64,000 nucleotides of DNA from an uncultured Nitrospinota bacterium. Its GTDB lineage: Bacteria; Tectomicrobia; Entotheonellia; J063; CAVPRW01. A model generated the notes under the pieces. It saw nothing but the letters and a program-made list of their open reading frames with translations. It did no database searches and was not told the origin of the DNA. Shown piece after piece: positions 52,610-63,880 of the stretch (its first letter is position 1; each line of letters starts with the position of its first letter). Both the position numbers and the translations under genes were made by a program. The stretch lies in the NCBI GenBank assembly GCA_963707985.1, contig CAVPRW010000020.1, positions 32,001 to 96,000 on the forward strand, in the 5' to 3' direction.

Positions 52610-53928
52610 GCAGCGCCCTCCACCTCGATCTGCCCCGTCACCGCAGCGGCGATCAGGGCGGCACGGCGCTCCTTGAGCAGGGCGATGGTGCGCTCTGTCG
52701 CCGTGCGCAGCGCGTCCAGCTTGGCCGTCTCTGCGGCGATGTGGGCGACGATGGCGCGCTGCTCGTCGAGCGGCGGCACGGAACCACGACGTCGCCGAAT
52801 CCCTCCGGGTAAAGTCCTGCAATCGTGACGCCCAGACGTTCCTTGCGACGTAACCGTGTCACCTCTAGCGCTCAAGTCTGCGTGCATGCGAACAGAGCGT
52901 CGACATAGCTCGGATCGAGTCGCAGCGGCAGCGGATACACGTTGTAGCCAGCGGGCTAGCAATGCCCCATCCTGCTGGTAGACGAACGCCATGCGCGCCA
53001 TGCCAGCGCCACATCGGTGTTGAAGACGAGATCACCGTCGCTCAAGCAGATCTTGCTACGCACCTCAGGTCGGGATCCGCCTCGAACGATTCATCTCGCA
53101 GGTTGCTTTCCGGATCGACGTCGTCACCCGGACGAACTGAGGGACACGTGAGGAGTCGTCCTCCAGCGCAGCTTCATCGGCTCCGTATGCAGCGCTCGCG
53201 AAGTAGCCACTTCAGCTCGCGCTGATCTCCCAATGCGCCGGAATCTCGCCGAGCCAGGGGATGCCGGAGTCGCGGAGGGGGGCGCGGGGGTCGAGGCCGC
53301 GGGTGACGGCGCGGGTGATGAGCGCCCGGCGCTTCTCGGCCAACAGCCCGAGCACCCGCTCCTTCGCCGCCACCAGCGCATCCAGCCGCGCCGTCTCGCG
53401 GTCGAGGTAGTCGGCGATGGCGCGTTGCTGCGTGAGCGGAGGAACTGGAACGCGACATCGCCGCGAACTCGCTCGGCATTCGAGCGCGTAGCTGATCGCC
53501 GCCGAGCTCGCATGACTCGACTGCTGCTCGAAGCCATGGCAGAGCAGCGCGAATAGCCAGCGAACCGCGCATCGAGCGTCGCGATCGACGCAGCACGACG
53601 ATGGTCGATAGCCCAGCAGACTCGCCAGCCAGTCGTCGCGTCGATCGAGCGCAGATCGCCTGAGGTCGTCCGACTGCCGAGCCGATGATGACGTCGCCAG
53701 CCACGCAGTCGCAGCTTCGCGAGCTCGACTCGCGTGCAGTCTTGCGACAGCGAGTACGAGCCGTCATCGACGAGCTCGCTGTCGTATGACATCGATGTAG
53801 CTCCGACGCAACGTACGGCGCTCGTCGGTATCCGGCGTCTGCTCGTCCGTTGACCGACGACGTAGTCAGCGTCTGGCGGACTGCGCCTGCCATCGCTGCG
53901 GCAGCGGGTCGATCCAATCGGCACTCAC
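52606..53928 (-). CDS. hsdS: Type I R-M specificity subunit S; target recognition domains garbled
   Basis: Conserved helices [19 protein letters not shown]...AVTRGLDP...[14 protein letters not shown] and EQRAIVAHI...[15 protein letters not shown]. Confidence 0.82.
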
Positions 53929-55926
53929 TCCGTCACCTCCCGCAGCAGCCGCATGATCTCTTCCTCCGCCTGCTTCAGCTCCGCGTCGATCTCCTCCAGC
54001 GGCCGCGGCGGCGTGTACTTGTAGAAGTGGCGGTTGAAGTTGATCTCGTAGCCGACCTTGTCCTTGCTGCGGTCCATCCAGGCGTCGGGCACGTGGGGCC
54101 GCACCTCGCGCTCGAAGTAGGCGTCGATGTCGTCCTTGAGCGGCACGTTCTCGAAGTCGCGCAGGTCGGGGTCGGGCTCGTAGCCCGTCGTCGCGCCCGC
54201 CCTTGGCGACCGGCTCGGCCTCGGGGTCCTTCTGCGTGAAGACGCTGCGGAAGAGCTTCTGCTCGGTCGCCTTCCAGCGCGACTTGCGCTCGTGCAGCAG
54301 GTCCTCGATGCGGCTCCCAGACCGCGTTCCAGTCGCGCTGCGGCTCGCGGCCGAGCGCCTTGTCGATGGCCTGCACGTCGTCGAGCAGGTGCGGGCAGGC
54401 GTCGAGGAAGCGGGCCTTGTCCTCGACGGTCATCTGGTAGCGCAGGCGCAGCGGCCGCTCGACGGTGACGCGGGTGTAGCCGAAGTCGGCGTTGTCGAAG
54501 ATCTTCGAGGTCTCGCCGTCGGCTGAACCGGCCGTAGAGCTGCACGATCTCGGCGATCTGGCTCGCCGGTCATGTGCCGTCGCTTGTCGCCGAGGCTTCG
54601 CGCTTGTCGTCCTCGCTGCCGCCTGGGCACGTCCAGAACGTCGCGGGCGTCGAGGAGCTGGATCTTGCCCTTGCGGCGCTTCTCCTTGCGGTTGGTGACG
54701 ATCCAGACGTAGGTGCCGATGCCGGTGTTGTAGAACATCTGCTCCGGCAGGGCGATGATGGCCTCGAGCCAGTCGTTCTCGATGATCCACTTGCGGATGT
54801 CGCTCTCGCCCGAGCCCGCGCCGCCGGTGAAGAGCGGCGAGCCGCTGAAGACGATGGCCAGGCGCGAGCCGTGCTTGTGCTCGGCCGGGCGCACGGGCTC
54901 GAACTTGCTGATCATGTGCTGCAGGAAGAGCAGCGAGCCGTCGTTCACGCGCGGCAGCCCGGCGCCGAAGCGGCCGGCGAAGCCGCGCTTGTCGTGCTCC
55001 CGCTGGATCTCCTTCTGCTGCTTCTTCCAGTCCACGCCGAAGGGCGGATTGGTGAGGAAGTAGTCGAAGGTCTCGCCCGCGAACTGGTCGTCGGTGAAGC
55101 TGTCGCCGAAGCGGACGTTGTCGCCGCCGCCGTTGTGGTCCACCTGCTTCATGAGCATGTCGGAGGCGGCGGTGGCGAAGGCGCGCTTGTTGTAGTCCTG
55201 CCCGTAGACGTAGAGCCTGGCCGCGCGCGTGGTGCTCGCGCAGGTAGTTCTGCGCCTCGGCCAGCATGCCGCCGGTGCCGCAGGCCGGGTCGAGCAGCTT
55301 GCGCACGGTGCCGGGCGTGGCGAGCAGCTTGTCGTCGTGGATGAACAGGATGTTCACCATCAGCCGGATGACCTCGCGCGGCGTGAAGTGGTCGCCCGCG
55401 GTCTCGTTGGCCAGCTCGTTGAAGCGGCGGATGAGGTTCTCGAAGATCAGCCCCATCTGCTCGTTCGGCACCGCGTTCGGGTGCAGGTCCACGTCGCAGA
55501 ACTTGGAGACGACGAGGTAGAGGATGTTCGCCTCGCGCATCTTCTCGATCTCGTTCTCGAACTCGAAGAAGTCGAAGATGCGTGCGGACGTTGGCCGAGA
55601 AGCCCTTGATGTAGCTGACGAGGTGCTTCTCGATGTTGTCGGGGTCGCCCTTCAGCTTCTCGAAGTCGAGCGGCGAGTGGTTGTGGAAGCGCTGGCCGGC
55701 GGCCTTGTTGAGCATCGTGTCGAGCGCGTCGTCCTTCGAGCTTGCCGCCCTTGCGCCTCTCGTACTCCGCCAGGACCTTGGCCTTGGTCGGCGCGAGCAC
55801 GCAGTCGAAGCGGCGCAGCACGGTCATCGGCAGCATGACGCGCTCGTACTGCGGCGGCCGGTACGGGCCGCGCAGCAGGTCGGCGATCTGCCAGATGAGG
55901 TTCGCGAAGTAGTTGTGGTCAGGCAT
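53925..55926 (-). CDS. hsdM: Type I R-M methyltransferase subunit M; multiple frameshifts
   Basis: [54 protein letters not shown]. Confidence 0.92.
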
Positions 55927-56383
55927 TGATTCCCTCATCCTGCATGTGCGTCTACCTCAAAATCTGGTCCAATACCTCAGCCAACGTCGGCTCAGGATGA
56001 GCTTCGACATCTAAGCGTGTGTGTCTGTGCTCTAGTTGTGGGAGTGCTGGCCTATGTGCGGCATTATCATACCGGAAAATCAGATTGTGTTCAGCATTTT
56101 GATCATGGTAGGCCTACATGATTTTTGGCTCGGCCTGCGTCGCGTCAACATACTTGCGGAAATGTACCTCTGAGCCATCGCCAAATTGTCATATTCCAGC
56201 CATGAGTCCAGGCACGGCCACCGTTGATCCACCTGAAAAGTACTCAGGACTGCCTCATCTGTGGCAACCACGTGGTTGAGCAGATCAGTGATGTGCTGAA
56301 CATACTGAGGACACGTGATAGCTGGCAGGCTCCAGGTCTCGTAGCTCGGCCTCTGATCCTCAATGATCAATGAGCGAGTGACC

Positions 56384-56666
56384 TTACCAACTGAACTTAG
56401 CCATCGAGAGGGATACGAAACCATCCTTGTCCGCAGGCATGCCATACCACTGGGCCAATCGATGCAAAGCAGTCAGGGTGCACGCGACATGTGCCTGAGC
56501 ATGGGCCCAGACATGGTGCCTGACTTTCTTGACGTGGCTGACCAGGGGGCACCACCGAGAAGACCGTCTCGACCAGCCGGCGGTCGTTCCCCTCGCCGCC
56601 CTGATACCGAGTGAACTGGACGAGATCACCCGCTGCCGCATGGATGACCCTCTCGTGCAAGATCAT
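56384..56666 (-). pseudogene. DDE transposase C-terminal relic
   Basis: GEGNDRRLVETVFS followed by LVSHVKKVRHHVWAH...FVSLSMAKFS in another frame. Confidence 0.55.
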
Positions 56667-57492
56667 CTACACGGCGTGGAGGTTGGCACGTCGCCAGCAT
56701 CCTGCTGCGACTTTGATCGTCGAACCCAACATGTTCCATGACACCTCAGGCTGGGATTCGACTCTTTACATCGCACCGTGGTTTAGCCGAGGGGCGCGGA
56801 TCGGTTCCACCACATCATTTGGCGTAAGATCGGGGAAGCGAGAGAGCAACATCGAGTCAATACGACATCACCTGCGCAACCTTGCACACTGGTGGTTAGG
56901 CCTACGCAACGCCGGCCGGGAAGCCGGCAGACCCATATCCGTTGCTGAGCCAATTTCACGTGATTCTAGGTACATTTGGTGCCAGCGGTCGTGGTCGGTA
57001 TGTTTCTTGCGTTGGGAGAATGCAATGACTCTTCACGCAAGGGTCTGGGCGTGGCGGGATCGGACATCAAAAAAGTTTGAAGCTCGTCGCAGCGCCTACA
57101 GACCAGCGCCATACCCCGTAAAATTTTGCCATCATTCACATCTAGACTACCAGGCTTTTGGTAACCTGGTGCACTTCAGATTTTTAAGGTCCTGAGCAGC
57201 AATGAGGCGCGTATAGGCGGCGGGAGTGCAATATGAGTAGCCTCGCCCAATCGTGCTCTTTTCATTGTATCTTTCATCAGTGGATTCGATTACAATGGTC
57301 TGGCATCTTAACCGACTGGAGCAATCACGCGCCATTCGTCATCGGGTTGAAGCGGGTGCTCGCCTGTGCACAGGCCCCCAACCGCAGCGTACCCAGATTA
57401 TCGAGGGAGAGTCCTTCGTACCACTGGCATCGCTGACGCGGTTACGCTATCTCCTCCTTCTCATACATAGACCAATCTCCAGGAGGACACAC

Positions 57493-57870
57493 ATGGCAGA
57501 CGAACGCATCATTACCCTGCACATTGCCTTTCACGACCCGGCTCTGGATGCGGAGGAGCAGGAAAGGGAAGCTCACAACCTGCTGCATGACCTGCAACAG
57601 CTCGATGAAGTGGGGGAGGTCGCTCGCGTGCATGATCCACATCCCCCAGAAGGGAGTAAGGCCATTGGGGCTTTTCTGGTGGGACTCGTGCAGGTGGCGG
57701 TCACGGCGCCACAGGTGACGGCACTGCTAGGATATTTGAGCAATCGTCTGGCGGGAAAAAGCATCGAGCTGGAGATCGAGGCGCAAGGCAAGAAGCTGAA
57801 AGTGATCGCCCACACACAAGCCGAATTGCTCGCCGCCGTCGCCGCAGCGCGACAATTCGTCGTGGCCTAA
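57493..57870 (+). CDS. Effector-associated constant component EACC1-like protein
   Basis: RBS AGGAGG; DAEEQERE..NLLHDLQQLD, PPEGSKA, IELEIEAQGKKLKV; directly upstream of a caspase-like gene. Confidence 0.75.
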   Translation: MADERIITLHIAFHDPALDAEEQEREAHNLLHDLQQLDEVGEVARVHDPHPPEGSKAIGAFLVGLVQVAVTAPQVTALLGYLSNRLAGKSIELEIEAQGKKLKVIAHTQAELLAAVAAARQFVVA

Positions 57871-57880
57871 GGACGCTCAT

Positions 57881-60800
57881 ATGGCAAAGATCGCCTTGCT
57901 GATTGGGACTAGCGAGTATGCCACGGGCTTGGAGACGCTCCCCTCGGCGGTAAGAGATGCCGAAGCCATGCAGCGTGTATTGCAGCATCCCGACATCGGC
58001 GGATTTGCAACATCGGATGTCACAGTGCTACAAAATCCTGACCGGCAACTCATGGAAGAAGCGATCGAACACCTGTTTGCAGATCGGCAGAAGGATGACT
58101 TGCTGCTGCTGTTCTTCTCCGGTCATGGAATGAAGGATGAGACGGGGAAGCTGTTTCTGGCCACCAGCACCACGCGCAAAAATGCCCGAGGTGAGCTCGT
58201 TCGCTCCTCAGCCGTGGCCGCGAGCTTTGTCCATGACAGTATGAGTCGTAGTCGGTCGAAGCGGCAAGTAGTCATCCTGGACAGCTGCTTTAGTGGCGCG
58301 TTTCCCGAAGGGTTGGCCGCAAAGGATGACGGTACGATCGATATTCGTACTCAACTCGGTGGCGAGGGGCGAGCGATACTTACGTCCTCCAGTGCTACGG
58401 AATATTCGTTTGACGAGAAGGGGGCAGATCTCTCGATTTACACCCAGTATTTGGTTGAAGGCATGACCACTGGTGCGGCGGATCTCGATGACGATGGGGT
58501 GGTCTCGATCGATGAGTTACACGCGTATGCCAGCACCAAGGTCAGAGACTCGCAGCCGGCGATGAAGCCCGAGATTTACTCGATCCGCGAGGGGTTTAAG
58601 ATCCGACTGACCAAAGTGCCGCCGGGCGATCCTGTGCAGAAATATCGTCAGGAGGTCAAGCGCTACCTGAGCCGTGGTGAGGTGTCTTTTGTGGGGCGCA
58701 AGACGTTGGACGCGCTACGCAGTCGCTTGGGGCTCTCGGCAGCGGACGCCACGACGATTGAAGATGAGATGCTCGCCGCAGCGCGCCAGGCATTTCACGA
58801 CAAGCTACAGCAATACGAGCGGGACTTCACCGAGGCACTGCAGCAGGAGGTCGCCCTTGATGAGGCTGATCTCACGCTGCTGCGCCAGAATCTCCAGCAC
58901 ATTTTGGGGCTGCGCCCTGAAGATACCCGGCCAATAGAGGTCCAGGTGAGGTCTCGCATCGCAGCCGATACACAGCACCGGCAGCAGTATGAGCAGGCCT
59001 TGGCGGAAGCGCTGCGACAAGAGTATCCGCTCAGTCCAGCAACACGTCAGCGGTTACAGCAAATGCAGCAGGATTGGCAACTCTCCGACGCAGACATCGA
59101 ACCGATCGAACGCCGCATTACCGCAGAGCTCGAGGCCTATCGTCACAAATTGCGGCAGTACGAACAGGCATTGGCCAGGGCAACGCAGCAGAAGTATGCC
59201 CTCAGTGAGGCTCAGCGCCATGCCCTGTTGGAGGAGCAGCGTACTTTATGTCTAACGGATGAAGACATTGCTCCCCTCGAAGCCCAAATGCATGCTGAGA
59301 TTGAAGCATACCAACAAAAATTACAGCAGTACGAGCAGGTGCTGATTCACGCCATGCAGGATGAATACCCGCTCGGCGAGGAGGTTCGCCAGGAGTTAGG
59401 TCAATTTCAGAGAGTTTTGGGACTTGAGGATGAAGAAGTAGCACACATTGAAGCAAACGTTGTTCGACAACACGCCCCCACGGAGATTCAACCGGGCTTC
59501 TCAACGCCAACGCCAAATGGAGACGATGTTTCTGAGACACAGCCCGCCTATGCTACCCCTCAGGTTTCAACAAACACGTCGCGCGTGGCGGTTGGTGTCG
59601 GTATTGCTGCTCTTGTGGCTTGCGTCCTTATATACTTTTCTCTACTCAGGCCATCACCTAGTCCACTACAGCTTCCACAACATGTACAGACACAATCTGA
59701 TAACGTCTTGCCTGATTCTCATACGACTCTGCAGATGACTCCTACGGATTTCAATAAGAGGGGAAATGAGAAGTACGATACAAACAACTATCAGGGAGCG
59801 ATAGAGGATGACACCGCGGCGATTAAACTGGATACCAACTATGCCGAGGCCGACCACAACCGCGGTGTTGCCCGCACTGCCCAGGGAGATAAGCCAGGAG
59901 CAGGCGAGGATTATCAAACTGCCGCAGACCAGGGCGACGTAAGCGGACAAACCAACCTGCTCCGAATGGACGAGCTTGCTCGAGACATGACCCAACCCAA
60001 GGAACCTCTGAAGGCGGAGTGTCCGCCAGATGAGCTCTCAACGCTCGGCAAGGTGGCGCCAATGTATGTTCAATGGCACACGTCCCGTCATGCCCAATGG
60101 GAAGAAGATGAGTTCAAGGACCCCATTCTAGAGGCACTAGCCAAAGAAGAGGAGGGCCAGGAAGGCACAGCCCAGGGACGTGGCCCTGTCTTTCAGCGCA
60201 TGCTACCTATTCTAGAGGCGGCTGACTCTGCTAAAGCGGAACGTGTTAAGTCTGGGCTCCGGGCGAGTGCGGTCTTGGGAGATCTGCGCGCTGGCAAGGA
60301 AGCGCGTCATGAGGCCGTAGATAAGCTTGACAAGGAGTTTCGGGCATCCCTTACCTGCTTGAGCAGGTCTCTAAAAGCCATTGAGTATTTGACCAAGCTC
60401 AACGACATGCCGAGCTTCCCCGATCCAATTGTTGATCCAGAAGGGGAAATAGGCAGATTTCTTGGTGCCTACATGCGCAAACACGTGATCGTGAACCACG
60501 ATCAGTTGACCCATCAAATTGTGATCAAGGCTCTGAATGCGCACAAGGGCATTCAACCTTCTGCGAAAGGCTCTTTTTCAAGGACAGCAAGTTTAGTATT
60601 GATTGAGAAAGCCTTGGAGAATCTTGACCCCAAAATCGCGGCTGAGGTGCGTCAGGGCCGTGGCGACCAGGCTCGCAAAGAATTTCTCGATGGTGAGCCA
60701 AAACTCCAGCAAAGACAGGCGGAGGCCACAAAAGACTATGAGGATTCCTACAAGATTCTTTCCAAAGAATACCAGGAAGCTCTCATCGCCCTGGCACCTG

Positions 60801-60997
60801 AGTCTGCCACTCCTCCGCCCCACCAGAGTCACGAGGACAAAGGTCTGCAGAAGGATGCACCTCCTCAAGAGCTGCGAGAGACAACCCAGCTACCCCAAAC
60901 CTCAGCGCCGCCCAAGGTCCTAACGAAGCCAAGAAAGCAAGACCCACCCAAACAAGAACCACCCAGGGATCCTAACCAATGGCACAGGGAAAGATGA
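57881..60997 (+). CDS. Caspase-like (C14) protease, EACC1-associated type, with helical repeats, TM segment and TPR
   Basis: KIALLIG, FSGHG (His), ILDSCFSG (Cys); about 57-aa QQYEQ repeats; TM VAVGVGIAALVACVLIYF; TPR NYQGAIED. Confidence 0.88.
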   Translation: MAKIALLIGTSEYATGLETLPSAVRDAEAMQRVLQHPDIGGFATSDVTVLQNPDRQLMEEAIEHLFADRQKDDLLLLFFSGHGMKDETGKLFLATSTTRKNARGELVRSSAVAASFVHDSMSRSRSKRQVVILDSCFSGAFPEGLAAKDDGTIDIRTQLGGEGRAILTSSSATEYSFDEKGADLSIYTQYLVEGMTTGAADLDDDGVVSIDELHAYASTKVRDSQPAMKPEIYSIREGFKIRLTKVPPGDPVQKYRQEVKRYLSRGEVSFVGRKTLDALRSRLGLSAADATTIEDEMLAAARQAFHDKLQQYERDFTEALQQEVALDEADLTLLRQNLQHILGLRPEDTRPIEVQVRSRIAADTQHRQQYEQALAEALRQEYPLSPATRQRLQQMQQDWQLSDADIEPIERRITAELEAYRHKLRQYEQALARATQQKYALSEAQRHALLEEQRTLCLTDEDIAPLEAQMHAEIEAYQQKLQQYEQVLIHAMQDEYPLGEEVRQELGQFQRVLGLEDEEVAHIEANVVRQHAPTEIQPGFSTPTPNGDDVSETQPAYATPQVSTNTSRVAVGVGIAALVACVLIYFSLLRPSPSPLQLPQHVQTQSDNVLPDSHTTLQMTPTDFNKRGNEKYDTNNYQGAIEDDTAAIKLDTNYAEADHNRGVARTAQGDKPGAGEDYQTAADQGDVSGQTNLLRMDELARDMTQPKEPLKAECPPDELSTLGKVAPMYVQWHTSRHAQWEEDEFKDPILEALAKEEEGQEGTAQGRGPVFQRMLPILEAADSAKAERVKSGLRASAVLGDLRAGKEARHEAVDKLDKEFRASLTCLSRSLKAIEYLTKLNDMPSFPDPIVDPEGEIGRFLGAYMRKHVIVNHDQLTHQIVIKALNAHKGIQPSAKGSFSRTASLVLIEKALENLDPKIAAEVRQGRGDQARKEFLDGEPKLQQRQAEATKDYEDSYKILSKEYQEALIALAPESATPPPHQSHEDKGLQKDAPPQELRETTQLPQTSAPPKVLTKPRKQDPPKQEPPRDPNQWHRER

Positions 60998-61533
60998 TGC
61001 CGCTCTACCACGTGACAACTGCCCTCTTTCTGCGTTTAGCGTGTATGCTATTAGCGTTCCTACTCATCAGTTGTGCCCAATCTATCCCACTGTTGCCTGG
61101 GGCATATATGGGTCAACCTATGCCGGCGGGGGAATACCCGATATTATCAGCAAGCGAGACTCAAAAAAAGTATGGATGCATGACATCTCGTGATATCCAA
61201 TTTGGACTCGGACAGACAACTATTCACCCAGAAACAGTTCAACCTCGGGGAAGAATCAATCAGATATTATACTATTACATGTGCTCTCCGTCCGTTAACG
61301 ATATTCTACAAGTTCAGATGACGACAATACTGTATTTTTCAGGAAAAGAGATTCAGCGTTATGTAGACAAGGATAAAATTAAGCCTGGAACATGGGCTAG
61401 ATCCGTTATTTTTCATCTCCCAGTAGAGTCAGAAAGTGGTAAATATGTGCTAGAGACTTGGGTGTCATATCAAACCAAAACTGAAAAGCGCAGCGCATCA
61501 TTCTATGTTGAGAAGCCATCTTCCAAGCGCTAA
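60994..61533 (+). CDS. Putative lipoprotein with Ig-like C-terminus
   Basis: Lipobox LLISC; overlaps the caspase stop codon; low GC. Confidence 0.65.
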   Translation: MMPLYHVTTALFLRLACMLLAFLLISCAQSIPLLPGAYMGQPMPAGEYPILSASETQKKYGCMTSRDIQFGLGQTTIHPETVQPRGRINQILYYYMCSPSVNDILQVQMTTILYFSGKEIQRYVDKDKIKPGTWARSVIFHLPVESESGKYVLETWVSYQTKTEKRSASFYVEKPSSKR

Positions 61534-61735
61534 ATTCCAGGATACTGGCGTTGACTCGACGACTGTGAAAAAGGCCGGACCATTTTCATGCCTCTTGCTG
61601 GCTCGTGGGGCATGGCAACTATTGTGTTTTGGCTGGTAGATGTAACCCAAAGCGATCGCCCCAGCTTTTTCATGGTCTTATCACTCAATCGCGGGCTGCC
61701 CCCAAATCCGTATGCTCTCCTATGAACCGCAGCCC

Positions 61736-62548
61736 CTACTCGTCGGCGAAGAGGGGGCCGGCGACCCAGTCAAACTCCCCGGGAGCCGTCCGGTGGCGTC
61801 CCCCACTGACGGAGGCGAAGTCGTTGCTGGCCTCGTTGCCCTGCCCGCCGCTGACGGAAGAGACCGCTCCCCTGGCAATATTGAAGCTTCCCCCGCTGAT
61901 GACGGTGGCGAATCCACTGGCCGTGTTGATGAATCCCCCACTAACCACGGCGGCATCGCCGCTGGCCGTGTTGGAGACCCCGCCGCTGACGGCGGACCGG
62001 TCTCCGCTGGCCGTGTTGCGTTGCCCGCCGCTGACCACCGCGAAGTCCCCGCTGATCTCGTTGAAGTCGCCCACCACCAAGCCCCCAAAGCGGGAGAAAT
62101 TGTGGAATGGCCCGACCACCACGTTGTGCGAGCCGGTGCGAATGTTCTCCCCGAATTCGCGCTGCTCGTTGTAGCCCACGATCAAATTGCCCACCCCGTT
62201 CGGGCAGTCCGGAATCGGCTCATCCTGCTCGCTGGGGCAATCGGTGCGGCCCAGGCCGTTGACGATGTGCAGGTTGGCTCCAGTGATGACCACCTCATGG
62301 CCCACGCGGGTGAAAGGCTGGAGGAGCGTTTCCAGGGCCGCCACACGGTCCGTCAGCCCCTGCTGGCCTCCTCGGGCGTTCTCTTGGGCGGTGCTCGAGG
62401 GCAGCGCCCAGGTCAGCAGCCCCCCCACGAGCAGACCACAGGCGAGGCCCCGCCACCAGCGAAGCTGCCGTTGGGCCGCACGGCTCCGCTGGTGCAGGGT
62501 GTGGATCTGGCGTTCAAGGGCGGCGACACGGGTGTGTAACTGATCCAT
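61736..62548 (-). CDS. Hypothetical membrane/secreted protein with 15-aa SGGxxNxASG repeats
   Basis: Coiled coil, TM segment, GVGNLIVGYNE, tandem VSGG..N.ASG repeats. Confidence 0.8.
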   Translation of the reverse strand: MDQLHTRVAALERQIHTLHQRSRAAQRQLRWWRGLACGLLVGGLLTWALPSSTAQENARGGQQGLTDRVAALETLLQPFTRVGHEVVITGANLHIVNGLGRTDCPSEQDEPIPDCPNGVGNLIVGYNEQREFGENIRTGSHNVVVGPFHNFSRFGGLVVGDFNEISGDFAVVSGGQRNTASGDRSAVSGGVSNTASGDAAVVSGGFINTASGFATVISGGSFNIARGAVSSVSGGQGNEASNDFASVSGGRHRTAPGEFDWVAGPLFADE

Positions 62549-62808
62549 GAGGGGCTCCTCTCGGTCGTGGACTGCGGAAAGGGAAAAGCCAAATTCCCCC
62601 GCATTGAGTAGTAAGATTGTGATATATTGATTTTATTGATAATAAATTTTGACCAATTGTCCCATCAAGCATACCATGCCGACGGAAGATCAAAAACTTG
62701 GCTGACCTCACCCTATGAATCCCACCGGGCTACCACGAAATCCGAGGGAATGTGTCAAACGCTCTCCAAGTCAAGTGCTTGATGTTCTCGCGCCCTACAC
62801 TGACCCTC

Positions 62809-63213
62809 TCAGCCCTCCGGCTCCGGCTGGGGAGGCGGCATGACCACACGCTTGGGCTCGAGGGCCTCTCGCACCATGCGGAGCACGGCGGGATCCAGCT
62901 GACGCATGAGCTTGCCAATGTACTGCATGTGGCGCGTGCGCGCCCCGTGCGGGCGCAGGCCCTGAACCATCAATACCGCCTCGCGCAGTGGGTCCGGTAG
63001 CTCCATCCGGGCCAGGTGGGCTCGGGGCAGCGCGACGAGCTGGGCTCCAAGCGCCTGCAACGCGTGCGCCTCGCGTTTCCGCTGGCTTTTGCTCGGCCGA
63101 GGCGAGGTATCAGCCGTCGGTGCCGTGTGGGTGTCGAGAGGCCTCGATCTGTCGCCTGGACTCTCCCCCGGTGGTCGTCTCGGGGCCGTGCCCCTCTGGT
63201 GTGGCGAAGGCAT
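62809..63213 (-). CDS. yjgA: YjgA/DarP (DUF615) ribosome-associated protein, short form
   Basis: PSKSQRKREAHALQALGAQLV, RHMQYIGKLMR. Confidence 0.75.
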   Translation of the reverse strand: MPSPHQRGTAPRRPPGESPGDRSRPLDTHTAPTADTSPRPSKSQRKREAHALQALGAQLVALPRAHLARMELPDPLREAVLMVQGLRPHGARTRHMQYIGKLMRQLDPAVLRMVREALEPKRVVMPPPQPEPEG

Positions 63214-63337
63214 CGCATCCTCCTCAACAAACGATCATGTGATACAGGTCATACTCTACCCATGATATCATGGTATTGTTGGCCCTAAATAGCCACCAAG
63301 CGCAGGGAGGCCAGTAGGGAGTTATGGTCGTCAGCGA

Positions 63338-63590
63338 AGCATTGTCAAATGAACACATCCTGAGACGATCACCGGCCACAGAGATCGGCAGGCTGGACGT
63401 CGCGCATCCCTTATGCGGCTATGGCCATACCCGTGACTTCCGGCCAGATCTGGAATCGTTGCGCCATCTCTCGGCGGTAGCCACGGGCGGACGTGTTGGG
63501 CAATAGGACCATAGGCGGGGAGGAATCGCTGGGCGTAACCCGGGGACTTACACCCTTGCATGCGTCGCTCCCGCTGGCGGGTTGACCGGT
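63338..63590 (-). mobile_element. IS6-family 3' relic
   Basis: MQGCKSPGYAQRFLPAYGPIAQH...YRREMAQRFQIW; IR-like GCATTGTCAA at about 63339. Confidence 0.65.
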
Positions 63591-63599
63591 GGGAAATCT

Positions 63600-63880
63600 C
63601 CGCGCGGTTAGTGACGACCGATTCCCCCCCCTGGTCCGCAGCATCCGGTCGAAGCCATGGATGAATTTCTCATCACGGTCATGAAGCAGGTATCGTTTCC
63701 CCAGCAGGAAGCCATCACCATCATCCGTCAACTGCCGCGCACACTGTGTCATCAAGACATCATTGGGATGGGGAGTGATCCCTGCTAGGTGTACGCTCCG
63801 CTGAAGGGGTGGGCCAGCGCAGGTAGGCGACGGCGGTCGGTGTCAGCGAGCCGCAGCCGACTGTTGCCGAGCTGAGCTTT
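63600..63880 (-). pseudogene. Integrase-core (rve) transposase relic
   Basis: MTQCARQLTD..GFLLGKRYLLHDRDEKF; upstream KAQLGNSRLRLADTDRRRL. Confidence 0.6.

Noticed and set aside
45106..55926. Programmed frameshifting or true pseudogenisation of the R-M locus
   Set aside because: Scattered single-base insertions with conserved residues otherwise intact look like sequencing or consensus error; this cannot be decided without reads.
61790..62090. 45-bp tandem repeats as a CRISPR or DNA-level repeat array
   Set aside because: They are in-frame coding repeats (SGGxxNxASG) with synonymous variation.
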